From: Selaginella moellendorffii
Lineage: Eukaryota > Plantae > Lycopodiophyta
DNA: 64,000 nt
Assembly: GCF_000143415.4 (NCBI RefSeq)
Contig: NW_003314382.1
Coordinates: 88,210-152,209 of the forward strand
Direction of reading: 5' to 3'
Shown: positions 24,691-38,388 of the stretch, piece after piece
Position numbering within the stretch: position 1 is the first letter of the stretch
How the letters are laid out: every line of letters starts with the position of its first letter
The notes under the pieces: model-generated
Told to the model about the DNA's origin: nothing
Databases searched by the model: none
The model's input: the letters and a program-made list of their open reading frames with translations, nothing else
Translations under genes and position numbers: made by a program

Positions 24691-27600
24691 CACGTGTCAT
24701 GTGTTGGTCCTTTTTGGGTCCCTTTTTGGAGCCTTGCTTATTGGTTGCCTCGTGCTTGCTCCTCGAGCACTCCATTGAGAGTTCCACTCCCGCTCTCAAC
24801 CTCTCAAGTTGGAGCCTTTTAGTTCAAACGTGTTACGCTCGTTTGGCTTTTGCTTTGGCCATTACCACGTGGCACCCTTTCGGCTCCACTTTGGGGCTTA
24901 GGGATTTGTGTCTCACAAACCCAAGGAGCAAAGGGACAGGAGCCCGAAGTGACTTGGAACAGTCCTAGAGTAACCAACATCCCAATGCCAGGACCAGCAC
25001 GCAAAACGGAACCAAACGGAGTCTGGTGCTATTTTGGCATGCTGGTGGCCTAATGCGAGGACATGGGTACTCCACCAGCTAGCATGGTGTGGAACTTGGG
25101 CTTAGACCCAAGCCGGACACAGAATAAGGACAAGCATGCAAGCAGGAGCTAGACTATACCTCAGGTTTGTCGGCCATGCCCGACCTACCCACTATCCTTA
25201 CTATACATTTAGAACCCCCCATATCCCCCCCCCCCCCCCTGAGGAACACACACTTTGGGCTTTCACCCCAAGCCTCCCTTAGTATTAGGAGTTAGTCTCT
25301 GGGACAAGCTCGAAACTTACTAAATATGGAATGTCCCTAGATTACGAATTTGTACATGGGACGAACACCATTACGAATTTGTACATGGGACGAACACCAT
25401 TTTGTTCAGGCCAATCTCTACATTCCGTAGATATGCCAAATGAGCAAATCTAGACACTTTCTATAAATAGCATTTGGGACCGAAATGAAACTAACACAAA
25501 GGGCATGACAGCGAGGGTGTTTGGCAGACACGGTAAGCTATCATGTAGTGATATTGAGGGACTAATCTCAATACGTGAGGGTTTTTGTCACTAGCAAGTG
25601 CAAGACATAACGAGACGGGAACTCCTTACCGGGCTAAGTATGCTTAGCTAATAACACATAAGAATTCCGTCCTTATGTTCATCCGGTCTAAGTACACTCG
25701 AAATGCCCAGTTAACTCCACTAGCACAAGAGGGACTGATAAAGGGTCCAGCAATACGAACCTCTTGCCATCATGGCAGTAAGGTAAGAGTGCCCGTAAAG
25801 ATTGGTCAATAGGTAACTTTCAATACCCGAAGTCACATTCGCGACACTCTCCCCCCCTAGGGAAGATCGACGTCCTCATCGATGCATACTCAAGTCTAGA
25901 ATACCGCCAAGGAAATAACTCCAAAGAAAGTTCACGATATTCACACTATATGAGAAATGCACCAACTTAAATGAGTTAGGAGGTAACTTCTTTTTCTAAT
26001 GCGGATGCACTACCAACTCAAACACCTTCCGGCCGTCGCCGACAAGGAAATGACCAATGGAGTTAGCCACCCTTGCTGCTCTGGGAGTCACCCAGCTTAC
26101 AAAAGTGTGATATGCCTACCCATAGGAACATAGAGAGAGAAGCCAGAGGCCCTAACCCTCATGAGCAAAGAAACCAAACCCGTCAGTAAGGTTTAGATAG
26201 ACTACTGTAAATAAGCAGTTAGAGTTGTTTACACAGTCACGCCCTTTTAATGGAATAAGAAACATCGACAGAGAGGTGGGTTATGTGACCAGTCGACAGT
26301 AGCTACCCCATGACTAAAGTGACCCCGAAGCCAGTCTGCCCATTACTAGCCCAAACTCAAAGATTAAGAGATGGACAATATCAAAGTCATAGACAATGAT
26401 ATCTTAGAGATGTAAGTATCAGTGAATATAGCTTAAATTAGAACACAAAAGTATTCCAAGTAAGTTATTATCCAATAAACTAGTATTATAGTATATGAAC
26501 CACCAAGATCATCAAAATTGATAAATACAGGATTCACCATCCAACAAAATTCAATAACAAGTATATCATCAAGTAAACTCAATGATGAAACTTAACTACC
26601 GAAGATAGCAGACAGTAAGCCAACAACTTACTAGAGATAACTCAAAAAACACAAAGTATTATTGACTGGCAAGCAAAATGCTCGCAAATGTATCACCCAA
26701 AGGAAATAACATTCCAATCTATCAGAACTAACTCGAGCAATAATTAACAGAATAAAATGAATGCGGAAAGACTAGCAAACACTCATTCATGCCAACTATC
26801 ATACTAAGATCTCAACCAACAACATCAAGGAACTCAAGTTGCCTAATCAAGTGTCAGCAACATCCTATTGATATCTCAACCCAAGAGACCAATCCAAAGC
26901 AAACCACAAACAACTTGTGGTATTGCGAAAAGCCATAAGCTATCAAAGAGAACAACTACCCATCATGAAAGATCATCAATCATCCCATCAAAAAGAGATA
27001 TGCAAAATCATCGTCAAAGAAACAATCTACCATCCCGAAGGATGGCAAATCATTCTATACTAACAATAATCAAGCAAAACCTTTAATAAGGATAATCAAG
27101 TATCTCAGATGATAGTAAATCATCACCAATGATTGCTAGATGCAAAAGCCAACTTCAACATTGAAGTTAATGAACCAAAATGTTTTCCCCAACAACTTCT
27201 AACAAATGGAAAAATGAGCATAAAACTCAAAGAACCAAAAACTTGAAGAAACCTATAGCTAAGTTTTGTTTAATAATGATCACAAGCCTTGCATAGACTA
27301 ACTTCAATGCTAAAGAAGAAATCATATTGCAACCCACAATATCTTCTTCAATGCATCCATAAGCCAAACTTCATAATGCAAAGCTAATGAAAAGCATATC
27401 CACATCAATCCAAAAGCTAAGCATAACGAAGCTATGCTCAACAAATGATCACCAAACGATCCTCCACGAATCCATCCATAGTAAGACATAACTCACTTCA
27501 TAACAAGCACATCTCATCTCACCTAAATCTTAACGTTAATAATATCAATGACAAGGCATCACTTCAATGCCATCAACACCAAAACAAAGCTAGAAGAAAG

Positions 27601-28077
27601 CAAGAGTGAATCACCACCCAAAACTCTTTAGCAACTAAGCTAACCAAAGTTGAAGATACTTTAGTCAGTATCTGAGACTAATCCTTCAGCAAAACTCAGT
27701 TATAGATAACACTTCCTCAAGGAGTGAATCACCACATCCAAGACTCAATGAAATCCAACACCATAGACTAAACGTAACCAAATGATATCGACAAAGGTAG
27801 AATTGATATGCCAACATGGAAAGCCCATGTAAGCCTAACGACACGATTCTCCGCAACACCATTCGGTAAAGCAAACCCATCACTGCTAAATCATTACCGA
27901 GTGAAACAAGTGTCAAAAGTCCTTGACAAAGTCTACAAGTAATCACTAGTTGCAAATCAACTAACAATCACCCTTCAACTTGCCTTTACAAGACCTAAAC
28001 ACTAAACTTGTGCCATCGAGTCATATACTTGTCCAACATGAACGTAATACCCCAAATACGAGATAAAGGTTCATTGA

Positions 28078-28679
28078 TGTAGCGCACCTTATCTCTCTCC
28101 CCTTAAGCCAACTGGAAAAGGGGCAATTGCTTGATGAGAGAGCCCTTAATGGCTATTTTATCCCCATTTATCCCCCAAGGTTTCAAAGATCCACGGTGAC
28201 AGTATATCTAAATCTCATCCCATGATCACATGTGCTACACTCACCCCCCCTTCAAAGATATCAATGTCCTCATTGACTATTGACTAGCAACCCCTACTGA
28301 GCCAAAGGGAACCAACACCTCCATTTCCGCACTCAATCTACCAATCCTTCCATTGTGTAGACCAGTTATTCCATGTGAGGCAACTAGTCATCCACCCGTA
28401 CCGTAGTCCCACAGTGGATACCTTTGTCCGTGGATACTCCACACAAGAGGAAGGACGTATGCATAGATGCCCAATACGTACGATTTCAAATTTAGGGGTA
28501 GGAATATACCTTGCTCAAAGGTATATTATATTTTTTAAGTAGCCACTAATCAATGGGAATCGAACTCGTGCCATTTGCTCCGATACCAACTGTAGCACAC
28601 CTTATCTCTCTCCCTTTAAGCCAACTGGAAAAGGGGCAATTGCTTGATGAGAGAGCCCTTAGTGGCTATTTATCCCCAT
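28078..28679 (-). mobile_element. TRIM (miniature LTR retrotransposon) nested in element A
   Basis: 162-bp LTR TGTAGC...GCTACA at 28078-28239, PPT at 28240-28253, ~350-bp non-coding core, PBS TGGTATCGGAGC (minus) next to a second LTR that starts at 28591 and runs into a gap. Absent from the homologous A-family copy near 42625. Confidence 0.85.
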
Positions 28680-29545
28680 NNNNNNNNNNNNNNNNNNNNN
28701 NNNNNNNNNNNNNNNNNNNNNNNNNNNNNNNNNNNNNNNNNNNNNNNNNNNNNNNNNNNNNNNNNNNNNNNNNNNNNNNNNNNNNNNNNNNNNNNNNNNN
28801 NNNNNNNNNNNNNNNNNNNNNNNNNNNNNNNNNNNNNNNNNNNNNNNNNNNNNNNNNNNNNNNNNNNNNNNNNNNNNNNNNNNNNNNNNNNNNNNNNNNN
28901 NNNNNNNNNNNNNNNNNNNNNNNNNNNNNNNNNNNNNNNNNNNNNNNNNNNNNNNNNNNNNNNNNNNNNNNNNNNNNNNNNNNNNNNNNNNNNNNNNNNN
29001 NNNNNNNNNNNNNNNNNNNNNNNNNNNNNNNNNNNNNNNNNNNNNNNNNNNNNNNNNNNNNNNNNNNNNNNNNNNNNNNNNNNNNNNNNNNNNNNNNNNN
29101 NNNNNNNNNNNNNNNNNNNNNNNNNNNNNNNNNNNNNNNNNNNNNNNNNNNNNNNNNNNNNNNNNNNNNNNNNNNNNNNNNNNNNNNNNNNNNNNNNNNN
29201 NNNNNNNNNNNNNNNNNNNNNNNNNNNNNNNNNNNNNNNNNNNNNNNNNNNNNNNNNNNNNNNNNNNNNNNNNNNNNNNNNNNNNNNNNNNNNNNNNNNN
29301 NNNNNNNNNNNNNNNNNNNNNNNNNNNNNNNNNNNNNNNNNNNNNNNNNNNNNNNNNNNNNNNNNNNNNNNNNNNNNNNNNNNNNNNNNNNNNNNNNNNN
29401 NNNNNNNNNNNNNNNNNNNNNNNNNNNNNNNNNNNNNNNNNNNNNNNNNNNNNNNNNNNNNNNNNNNNNNNNNNNNNNNNNNNNNNNNNNNNNNNNNNNN
29501 NNNNNNNNNNNNNNNNNNNNNNNNNNNNNNNNNNNNNNNNNNNNN
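28680..29545. other. Assembly gap (N run)
   Basis: Run of N. Confidence 1.
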
Positions 29546-31904
29546 AATAAGCTCACCAACACGTCTAGTCAATAGCTCTAGGCATGCCTTTTGAAGAGGC
29601 TAGCTATACATGGCCAACACTTAGTGGAAGCTAAAGTGAAGACCATGAGATGGACTCATATCGGTACACAACCTCCACTTAGACAAAGCTATAGTATGGG
29701 TACCAACATCTCAATTGCAAACAACTAAGTTGGACATCACCACCCTCAGCCAAGGCGTAGGGACACCAAAACTAAGTCAAGATGAGTGAGAGCTCACTAC
29801 TCTCATAGAGTATAACGAAATGTAAGGTGCAACTTACCACCAAGCAGAATGCAATAGAAGAAAGGCACAAGGGTCAACTTTCTTAGAAAAGTGCAACGGC
29901 CACTTTTCTACACCAACTCCAGACTCTATCCAACTCAATTGCCTTAGCCCCAAAAGTCAGCATCCCTTTCGGGCCACATCATACAAACTATTTACTAAGG
30001 TTTAAGCTAATAGAAGTCAACTCCAACCCTTTCACTAGTTTGTATTGGCTCATGAAAACGGAATGGTTTTCAGACAAAGTGATCAACAAATCAGCCATTG
30101 GAAAAGCCTAAGAAAATTTGTGGAAAATTTCCATTCTAAAGAAAGAATGACTCTCAGTCCAAGAATACAAACTTTCAAGACTCAACCAGTTTCTTTCTAC
30201 CAACAACTTCACATAGGTTCACCTCAACACAAATTCTCGAGACTCATAGCATGCTTAAGCATCGAACATTTTTTTGCCCATACTTTCGACATCTAACACT
30301 GACATCCGCCAAAATGCAAAGTGATCATCCAAGGCTTGATCACGGAAACCATATCTTCGGATATTCATATTGCACTAACACTCTTCTTCAACCACCTTCA
30401 AGATCCAATATGAAGCCAAAACACTAACAAGAAAAATGACATGGAAAATCAAGCTCTAAGGAAAATTCTTCATCACTCGAAATAATAATGCCATTTCCAC
30501 TAACACAAGTGCTAGCAATGTCAATGCCTCAACTACACACTTTTTCCATCCAATAATTTACTCCAAGTGCTAACAAAACAACCGACAAGGCATAGCAAGT
30601 GAATGTTATAACCCTTTTCAACACCTTATGGGCCAACTCTCAAGGAAACAATGTACCAACTTAAGTTTAGCATAATGGACCGCCAACAAGAATCTAGTCA
30701 AAGCTACTACAATGCTACTTCGTGCAAGTAGACTAGCTTCACCATCAACCACTTTAGGGTTGATCATCGTTTAACCAAGCAACTTCGTAAACACATTACT
30801 CATTATCACATGAATATGATATAAGTCACAATGACTTGATCATCAATTGAGTAACATCACGAGCAATGCCTATGTCACTATTTCAAAGGTTTATGTGAAT
30901 ATCAAGTGCCAACTCAATTCAACAAAATGCAGCATAAATGCTACACTCCACTGATAGAGATTTACAACACCCAACACCACCAACTTTTGTTCACAACACG
31001 GACAAGCTTATGCCACCCTCTTTCCGACCAAACTCAAAACTAATCCAACACCAAGGTACTCAAGGAGCAATAGTAAGGTTCCCTGGAAAAGAATTGAGCA
31101 TTGCAACCCAAGCCTATCAATAGCAAGCATAGACAAAATGGTTTAGCACTTCACCGCTATCCATCCCACAACTCACCATTCGTAAGGCCATCATTTCCAA
31201 TATGTATCAAGGTAGGGACTCTTGATTGCATAATATGAACACGAGCAATGAGTCACACCTTGTTGCAAATCATCTCTCCAAGAAGAGAAGATGATTTACA
31301 TGTTTGATCCTTTGTCCCTGACAACTCTCTTTTCGGTCTCATCTTTGACTAAACCTCAAGTTTGCTTTCACACTGCCTTCAGTCCAATCCAAGAAAAGTT
31401 TATGAGAGAGCATAGCAATGATTACTTGAATCAATAGACTCATCCTTATAGTCTTAATTGATCCACTTATAATCATGCCTAGGAAGGATCCACTAATGCC
31501 GTGCTAAACAGCTACGAACTAGCCTATTTGCCACTCATAGCAAACCCAGGGCAGATTTTCTTTCACCCATGGTACATGGAACAACTTATGGAACCACCGA
31601 TAGGCTAACATTAATCTTGCCAACTCAAAGTGTAGCCTTGAGTTGCTAATGTGCCTCACTCATGAGCCCAAGCTCAAACTCGTGCAAAATGGTACAACTC
31701 AATCCATCTTATAAGCCCAAGAGCAAGCTCATATTATTACAGTACAACAAAGTAACCAAATCCATACCCAAGGAACAATTGCGAAGCCTTTGCACCCAAA
31801 AGTGTACCCACTCGGATCATCGTTTTCATCTCTGCGTATGCAATGAGACTAGTTGCCCAATTTCATTGTATAGTACTCACTGAGACTCATCCTTTGATAC
31901 CAAA

Positions 31905-33043
31905 TGTAGCGCACATGGTTTTGACCCTTTATCCTATGGTGATTTACCATAGGATAACACCATGAAGCGGAACTTAAACCCTTTATGTGCCACGTGTCAT
32001 ATGCCATGTGTCACATGCCACGTGTCCATAAGAACCCGAGGTTCAGGGCCTTGGGCCACTGAACGAAGGAACGGTGCCAAACTCCCAAACATGGAGCCAA
32101 GGAGTCATAGAACCAAACCACGGAGCAACTCCTGAGCATGCAGCCCAAGGAGCGAAGGGACAGGAGCCCGAAGTGACTTGGAACAGTCCTAGAGTAACCA
32201 ACATCCCAATGCCAGGACCAGCATGCAAAACGGAGCCAAACGGAGTCTGGCGCTATTTCGGCATACCGGTGGCCTAACGCGAGGACATGGGTATTCCACC
32301 AGCTAGCATGGTGTGGAACTTGGGCTTAGACCCAAGCTGGACACAAAACAAGAACAGACACGCAAGCAGGAGCTAAACTATGCCTCAGGTTAGTCGGCCA
32401 TACCCGACCTACCCACTATCCCTACTATACATTTAGAACCCCCTATAACCCCCCCCCCCCCCCCTTGAGGAACACACGCTTTGGGCTTTCACCCCAAGCC
32501 TCCAATAGTATTAGGAGTTAGTCTCTGGGACAAGCTCGAAACTTACTAAATATGGAATGTCCCTAGATTACGAATTTGGACACGGGACGAACACCATTGT
32601 ATTCAGGCCGATCTCTACATTCCGTAGATATGTTAAATGAGTGAATCTAGACACTTTCCATAAATAGCATTTGGGACCAAAATGAAACTAACACAAAGGG
32701 CATGACAGCGAGGGTGTTTGGCAGACACGGTAAGTTATCATGTAGTGATATTGAGGGACTAATCTCAATATGCGAGGGTTTTTATCACTAGCAAGTGCAA
32801 GACATAACAAGACGGGAACTCCTTACCAGGCTAAGTATGCTTAGCTAATAACACGTAGGAATTCCGTCCTTATGCTCATTCAGTCTAAGTACACTCGAAA
32901 TGCCCAGTTAACTCCACTAGCACAAGAGGGATTGATAAAGGGTCCAGCAATACCGACCTCCTACCATCGTGGCAGTGAAGTAAGCGTGTTCGTAAGGATT
33001 CGTCGACAGGTAACTTTCGATATCCGAAGTTACATTCGTGACA
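31905..33043 (-). repeat. 5' LTR of element A
   Basis: Colinear with 17426-17667 plus 24923-25846; TG...CA ends. Confidence 0.92.
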
Positions 33044-36000
33044 ATAGTATTAGGTAGTTGGTAGTATGCTTAGTTTTTATACTAATTTTGATAAAACATG
33101 GAGAATGTATATACATATTTCTTTGTTACACTCGTTTTCACTTTGCCATTTTTATTTGGCTTCACTCTACTATTATATTTGTTTAGCCTACTGTGTTAGG
33201 GCCAAATATTCCATTCAAATTTGATATAATCATCCTCACTCCACAATTCATATCATTCATCCTCATTCTACTATTGTATTAGCTCATTGTCACTCCATTG
33301 TCGAGACTGAGCTCTCATCTGTCCCTTACTCTTCCAAAGAGAAAAAGCTTGCAATATTAAAACAAAAAGGAGAAAGTGAAGAAAATTGAGAAATAAATAT
33401 TATGGAAGAAGAAAAATATGAATAAAGAAGCATTGAAAAAGAAATTTTAGTAATTATCAAAATAGAAATGGATAAATAAATAAAAAATATGCTTATCTTA
33501 TTTTAAAAGACTCTGTCCAAGTAGAAAAGCTAGATAATGGAGGGTATCTTTGCTATAAAATATATCAGCCACTACAAGGTAAACAAAATACTCACACCAC
33601 TCAACCTCTTTAATATATAATTTAACACTTGAGATAAGAAAATCAATATAAAATCTATACTATTAAAAAAATAGAAAAAAATTCTCATTAGCAATGGTAA
33701 GACAAATACGTTTAGCAATAGTTTTATTAAAGAGAATGCACTCAATTTAAATTTTAGCAAAAGTTATTCAACTATTGGAATAAAGGAATATTCAATATAA
33801 GAAACAATAAAAGAATCCACCAACAAAACAAAACAAGAATCTTAGCTTCACTCATATACTCAACATCTAAATTAATATGAGGAGGACAGAAAATACTCAA
33901 CTTAATACTAAATTAAGAACAAAAATCACAAATCAAAATTGATTAATATGTTAAGAAAAGAAAATATTACAATCTATACATGAGATAAAAGCACTTGAAA
34001 TGTAAGGTGGTGGCAAGGTTAAGAAATTAAAAAAACTTAGGAAATGTAATGTATATAGTTTTCACCCTTTGTCTTATAATGATTTACTATAGAATAATAA
34101 CAAAGTGAAATCTAACCCTTCTATATGTGTGCCAAAGGCATTAAAATGAAATTTGGGTTTTAGAGCCTTGGGTTATTGAACTAAGGGATGGAACCAAAGT
34201 CTTGAGCATATAACTAAGGAACAAAATAATAAACGCCTTAAACAATTCCCAAGTGCATAGAAGGAATGAAGAAACATAAATAAAGAGTAATATTATAAAA
34301 GTCTTTAAGCATTTAGCATCCTAATGCTAAGACTAGTATGCAAAGCAAGCTAAATAAAGTTTAATGCTATTTCAATATACTATAAGCAACAAAAGGAAAT
34401 AGCTTTATGAGGTCCAATTGTATGGCTACAATGTCGCATATTAATATTATCATAGTGGGATTTTGGTAGCTGTCATATTGATTTCAATTTAGACCACTTG
34501 CTCATGTATATAAATTAGAGTTTTTGGGCTAATTAATATGCATAATACTATATTCCATTTCCATATTTCATGCACTCACACTGGTGGAGGTGAAGAGCAA
34601 TTTTGATTGTCCCTAAGGAATGTTAGGATTTGAAATTTTAGTTAAGATCTAGCTTTTGCATTGTCTAGATCCCCCTTTTGTTGTACCTTTTCTCAATTTC
34701 TTCTTTTTTGCTCTTTCTTTTTCGTTCATCTTCATAGTAAAGTAGAAGCCTCTTTCTCTTTTGACTCTAGAGTAGTAGTTGATGCAATTGCTCAATGTTA
34801 TATAATTATAGTTGAACAATCAGACTCAATTGATAGTGGTATTCACAGCATATGGTACAACTCCTTTTGCTTTTATTGTTAATCCTCAAGTTCGGCCGAA
34901 GTTTTTCCATGGGAATCCTAGGGATGATGTGTACTATTGGTTTGATCACTTTATGGTGATTGCCACATATCACTTTTGGGATGATGTTTAACGTTTGCAT
35001 AAATTTCCCATATGTTTCAAAGAGACAATGCTACAATAGTACAATGGTTTGAGCACAGCCACTTGTGAGGACTAGAGTATTTTCCTAAACATCTTCAAAC
35101 ATGCATTTGAACATGCCAACGATTATATAATGATACCTTCCAACAATTGGATTGTCTTCATCAAGGGCTATCTGAATCTATAATGCAATTTGACATTCAT
35201 TTTCAAAGCTTTTTGCTTCATGCAGAGCCAAATATGTCAGAATGGATTAAGTTAAGAATGTTGTGGCTAACACTTCATCAAAATTTTGTAGAACTTATGT
35301 ATGCACTTACTCAAGTCACCCTTGATGATGCTTTTCACTTAGCACAACATTATGAAACATCATCTCTTTGCACGTTCTTCAACTCCACTTCCTATGGGAA
35401 ATGGTTTTGTTCCAATGGAGGTTGATGCTATTGCTACTCGAATTCAAGAACAAAGGCAAGGACATGGTTGTGGCTGTGATATCCACTATTAGACATGTGA
35501 TGAAGTTAGTTATACTTATTGGCATTATTGGCATTTTCTGGATTAGCAACTTTCATTTTCTAGGTGGAGACCTTGGTGTTAATAACTTCCTGTTGGTGCT
35601 GCTATAGTAGAAGGTTTGGACACCGAGATGCTTTTGGGAAATGAGGAGTGACACAAGTAATGGAGGGTCCATGCATGAATAGGTCAGTGACCCTTTCATT
35701 TTTCTTTTGAGAGTATCAGTTTCTTGGCCTGTTGCCACATGTTGTTATCTATAATTGCATCGTGTGGTAGAGTCAGTTTTCATTCTTTATAGCAATGCCA
35801 TATACACAGATGTGCATAGGATGAGGCAGACTTAGTTGTCTGTGTGTGTGATCTTGAGCTTGAGCTGCAATCATTGTAGGTGGTGCCAAGTCAAGCTTTT
35901 AACCTCATCCTTTGTATAGATTAATTGTAGCACAATTATGTCAAATGTGACTTTAAGGCTTCTCCCCCTTGTCTTATACTTTTTTATATTCCTTTCATTT

Positions 36001-38347
36001 CTCTTTATTCCTCTCCATCTTTTTACTTTTACCTTTGCTTCCATCACTTTTGTTTCTTTATTACTTCCTTCTATGTTTCTATCTTGTTCTTCTATTCCCT
36101 TTGCCAATCCCTCCGACAGTCTTTGTGTTGCAGTGGTTTACCAGCTCATGAAAGAGTATGCTGATCTCTTTGAATTTAATCTATTATTTGGGGCCAAGAT
36201 TACAACATGTCATCATATTTCAACTGAGGATGCTCATCCAAGCAAAGTTCCTATTTGTCGTTGGTCACCAAAAGAAATTAAGATTTTATATGCAAACACC
36301 AAAGAGATGTTAGAAAAGGGTGTTATTTGAAAATCATGAAGTCCTTCGGCATATAAACCTCATCTTGTGATAAACCCTAATAGAAGTATTTATTTCTGCA
36401 TTGATTATCATCCATTAAATAAAGTGACGATCCCGAACATGTACCCTCTTCCGTTAGTTCATCAAGTTAAATTTTGCTTTTGGGTACTAGAAAGTGTCAA
36501 TGGTTGAAAAAGATATTTCTAAAACTACTTTACGTACACTATTTGGTTTATACGAATTCTTGGTGATGTCATTTGGTTTGAACAATGCTCCAACAACTTT
36601 CCATCGTTGTGAGTTTTGCTGAAGTTGTTAACATTGTCTTTAATCTGGTTTATGGATTGTGAGCAGGTGCTAAGGATCTCAATGAGCTATTGAGGACTTC
36701 TCCAATTTTGGTGTATCTTGATTACACTCAAGTTTTCATTTTACATGTGAATACTTTTAATAATAATTTTGGAGGTGTGTTAATGTTGAGAGCCCGAATA
36801 TCCCTTGTCAGCACCATCTTATTACATATATCATTTATACATTATAACTAGTGGAGGTGAATTACTCCATGACAAAGAAGGAGTGTTTAGCAGTAGTTTG
36901 GGGTTTTGAGAAACTTCATAGATATCTATATGGTTCTTAGACATTATTAGAAGGTGATTATGTTGCAGCTACTTCATTATTGAAGAAGAAGAACTTAGTT
37001 AGTCATATTGTTTAGTGGGATTTAAAACTTTAGATATATAATTTTAATGTTCTTCATCACATAGGGAGTTTTATGGTTAATACTGATTCCCTTTCTTGAC
37101 CACCTCTTCCTTCTTGATTCTCTTCTCATGTTTCTAACAAGCTTGTTATTTTAGTATTTGTGGATTTTTTAGAAGAAGTTTCTATATCAGCAGCACTTGT
37201 TATACTTGATGTTTAGTGTCCACAAGGTTCAAAGCAAGATTTACCTTCTCTTGATGAGGTTTGTGAGGCTCAAAAGATTGAGTTATGAATTTAAAGGCTT
37301 CGCAATGTGTTTAAGAATTTTGCATCACTTGCTGATGACTTGTTATTTCAGTATTTACATTCTCAATATTGTGTTGAAGATAATCTTCTTTATTATATAG
37401 GGATAGATCATGAAGATCATTTATAGCTGGTGGTGCCTTTGATTTTTATTCCATGTTTTCTCCATATCTACTATGATTCTCCTATTCTAGATGGGTATAT
37501 AAGACATCTTCGTGTAAAAAGATATGCAGGTCTTTCTATTGGCCGAAAAAGCAACGTTATATTATCCAATATGTGCATAGTTAATTTTGGTGCCAAGCTT
37601 ATAATACTCCCCCTCATACTGTAGAAGGAGGGTTAAAGTCCATTGTAGTTTCCTGTCCGTTTGAGTTGATGGCATTTTATCTAATATGGCCTTTTCCATA
37701 ATCAATTGTTGACAATGTGTATATCATTATTGTTTTTAACTACTTGATTTACAGAGTGGAAGTCTGTGCTCTTACTAGTGCGTTTGCAATTGTTATTAGA
37801 TACTTCCTCCTTAATTGAGTGGTGTTCTAACATTTCTATCTAGAGTAGATTCTTTCGAATATTAGTCCCACTAAAGCATTTTATATTTGATGTCTTGGTT
37901 GGAGATAAGCCACACTTTCATGAGTGTTTATTATCTATAGTTAGACGGTTTAGTGGAATGGCTTGTTCAGACCTTTAAAAGGATGACTGCGAAGTACATG
38001 AATTTTTAGCATTCGGATTTGGGATGGTTATTTGCTATCTCTTTGATATACATATGTCACAAGAGTGCAAAGTTCTACTGGTGCTTCACCATATAAATTT
38101 CTATATAGTCATGATCCAACAGTACCAACGGAGTTGAGTTTACATTTGCAATTGCCATGAGTTGCCGATACTAGGTTATATAATCAATATTTAATGAGAA
38201 TTCTTCCACTTGTTTGAGTAGAGTCTACTAAACACTTAGGCCACATACAAGTGGGACAACAATGACGCTATAACTCCCATCATCATTCACCTGCAAAATA
38301 CAAAATGGATGACTTAGTGTTAGCTAGTTTTCCCCATCTTACAGTAC

Positions 38348-38388
38348 TATAAGTTCCTGAATTTAGACTTTTCGAGAGGTCACCCAAC
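38348..38388 (-). mobile_element. Left part of a Cassandra-like solo LTR split by element C
   Basis: TATAAGTTCCTGAATTTAGACTTTTCGAGAGGTCACCCAAC matches the start of the 62944 copy; flank AGTAC pairs with AATAC at 61864-61868. Confidence 0.8.

Larger units (their letters stand above)
17668..24917 (-). mobile_element. LTR retrotransposon B (non-autonomous, related to chromovirus C) nested in the 3' LTR of A
   Basis: LTRs TGTAAG...TCACA at 17668-18964 and 23010-24917. TSD AACCC at 17663-17667 and 24918-24922. PBS TGGTATCAAAGCT (minus) at 22994-23006. PPT (ACTCCACCACCCATAG on plus) identical to that of C. No intact ORF. Confidence 0.92.
17426..33043 (-). mobile_element. LTR retrotransposon A (gypsy-derived, non-autonomous), complete with TSD
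   Basis: LTRs TGTAGC...GACA at 17426-25846 (interrupted by B) and 31905-33043. TSD ATAGT at 17421-17425 and 33044-33048. Met-type PBS (TGGTATCAAAG on minus) next to 31905; PPT at 25847-25860. Internal region has only decayed pol traces. Confidence 0.92.

Noticed and set aside
28553-29594. Long ORFs in the track
   Set aside because: They run through N gaps.
33050-34400. A-rich stretch resembling decayed coding sequence or a LINE ORF1
   Set aside because: No diagnostic motif, many stops.
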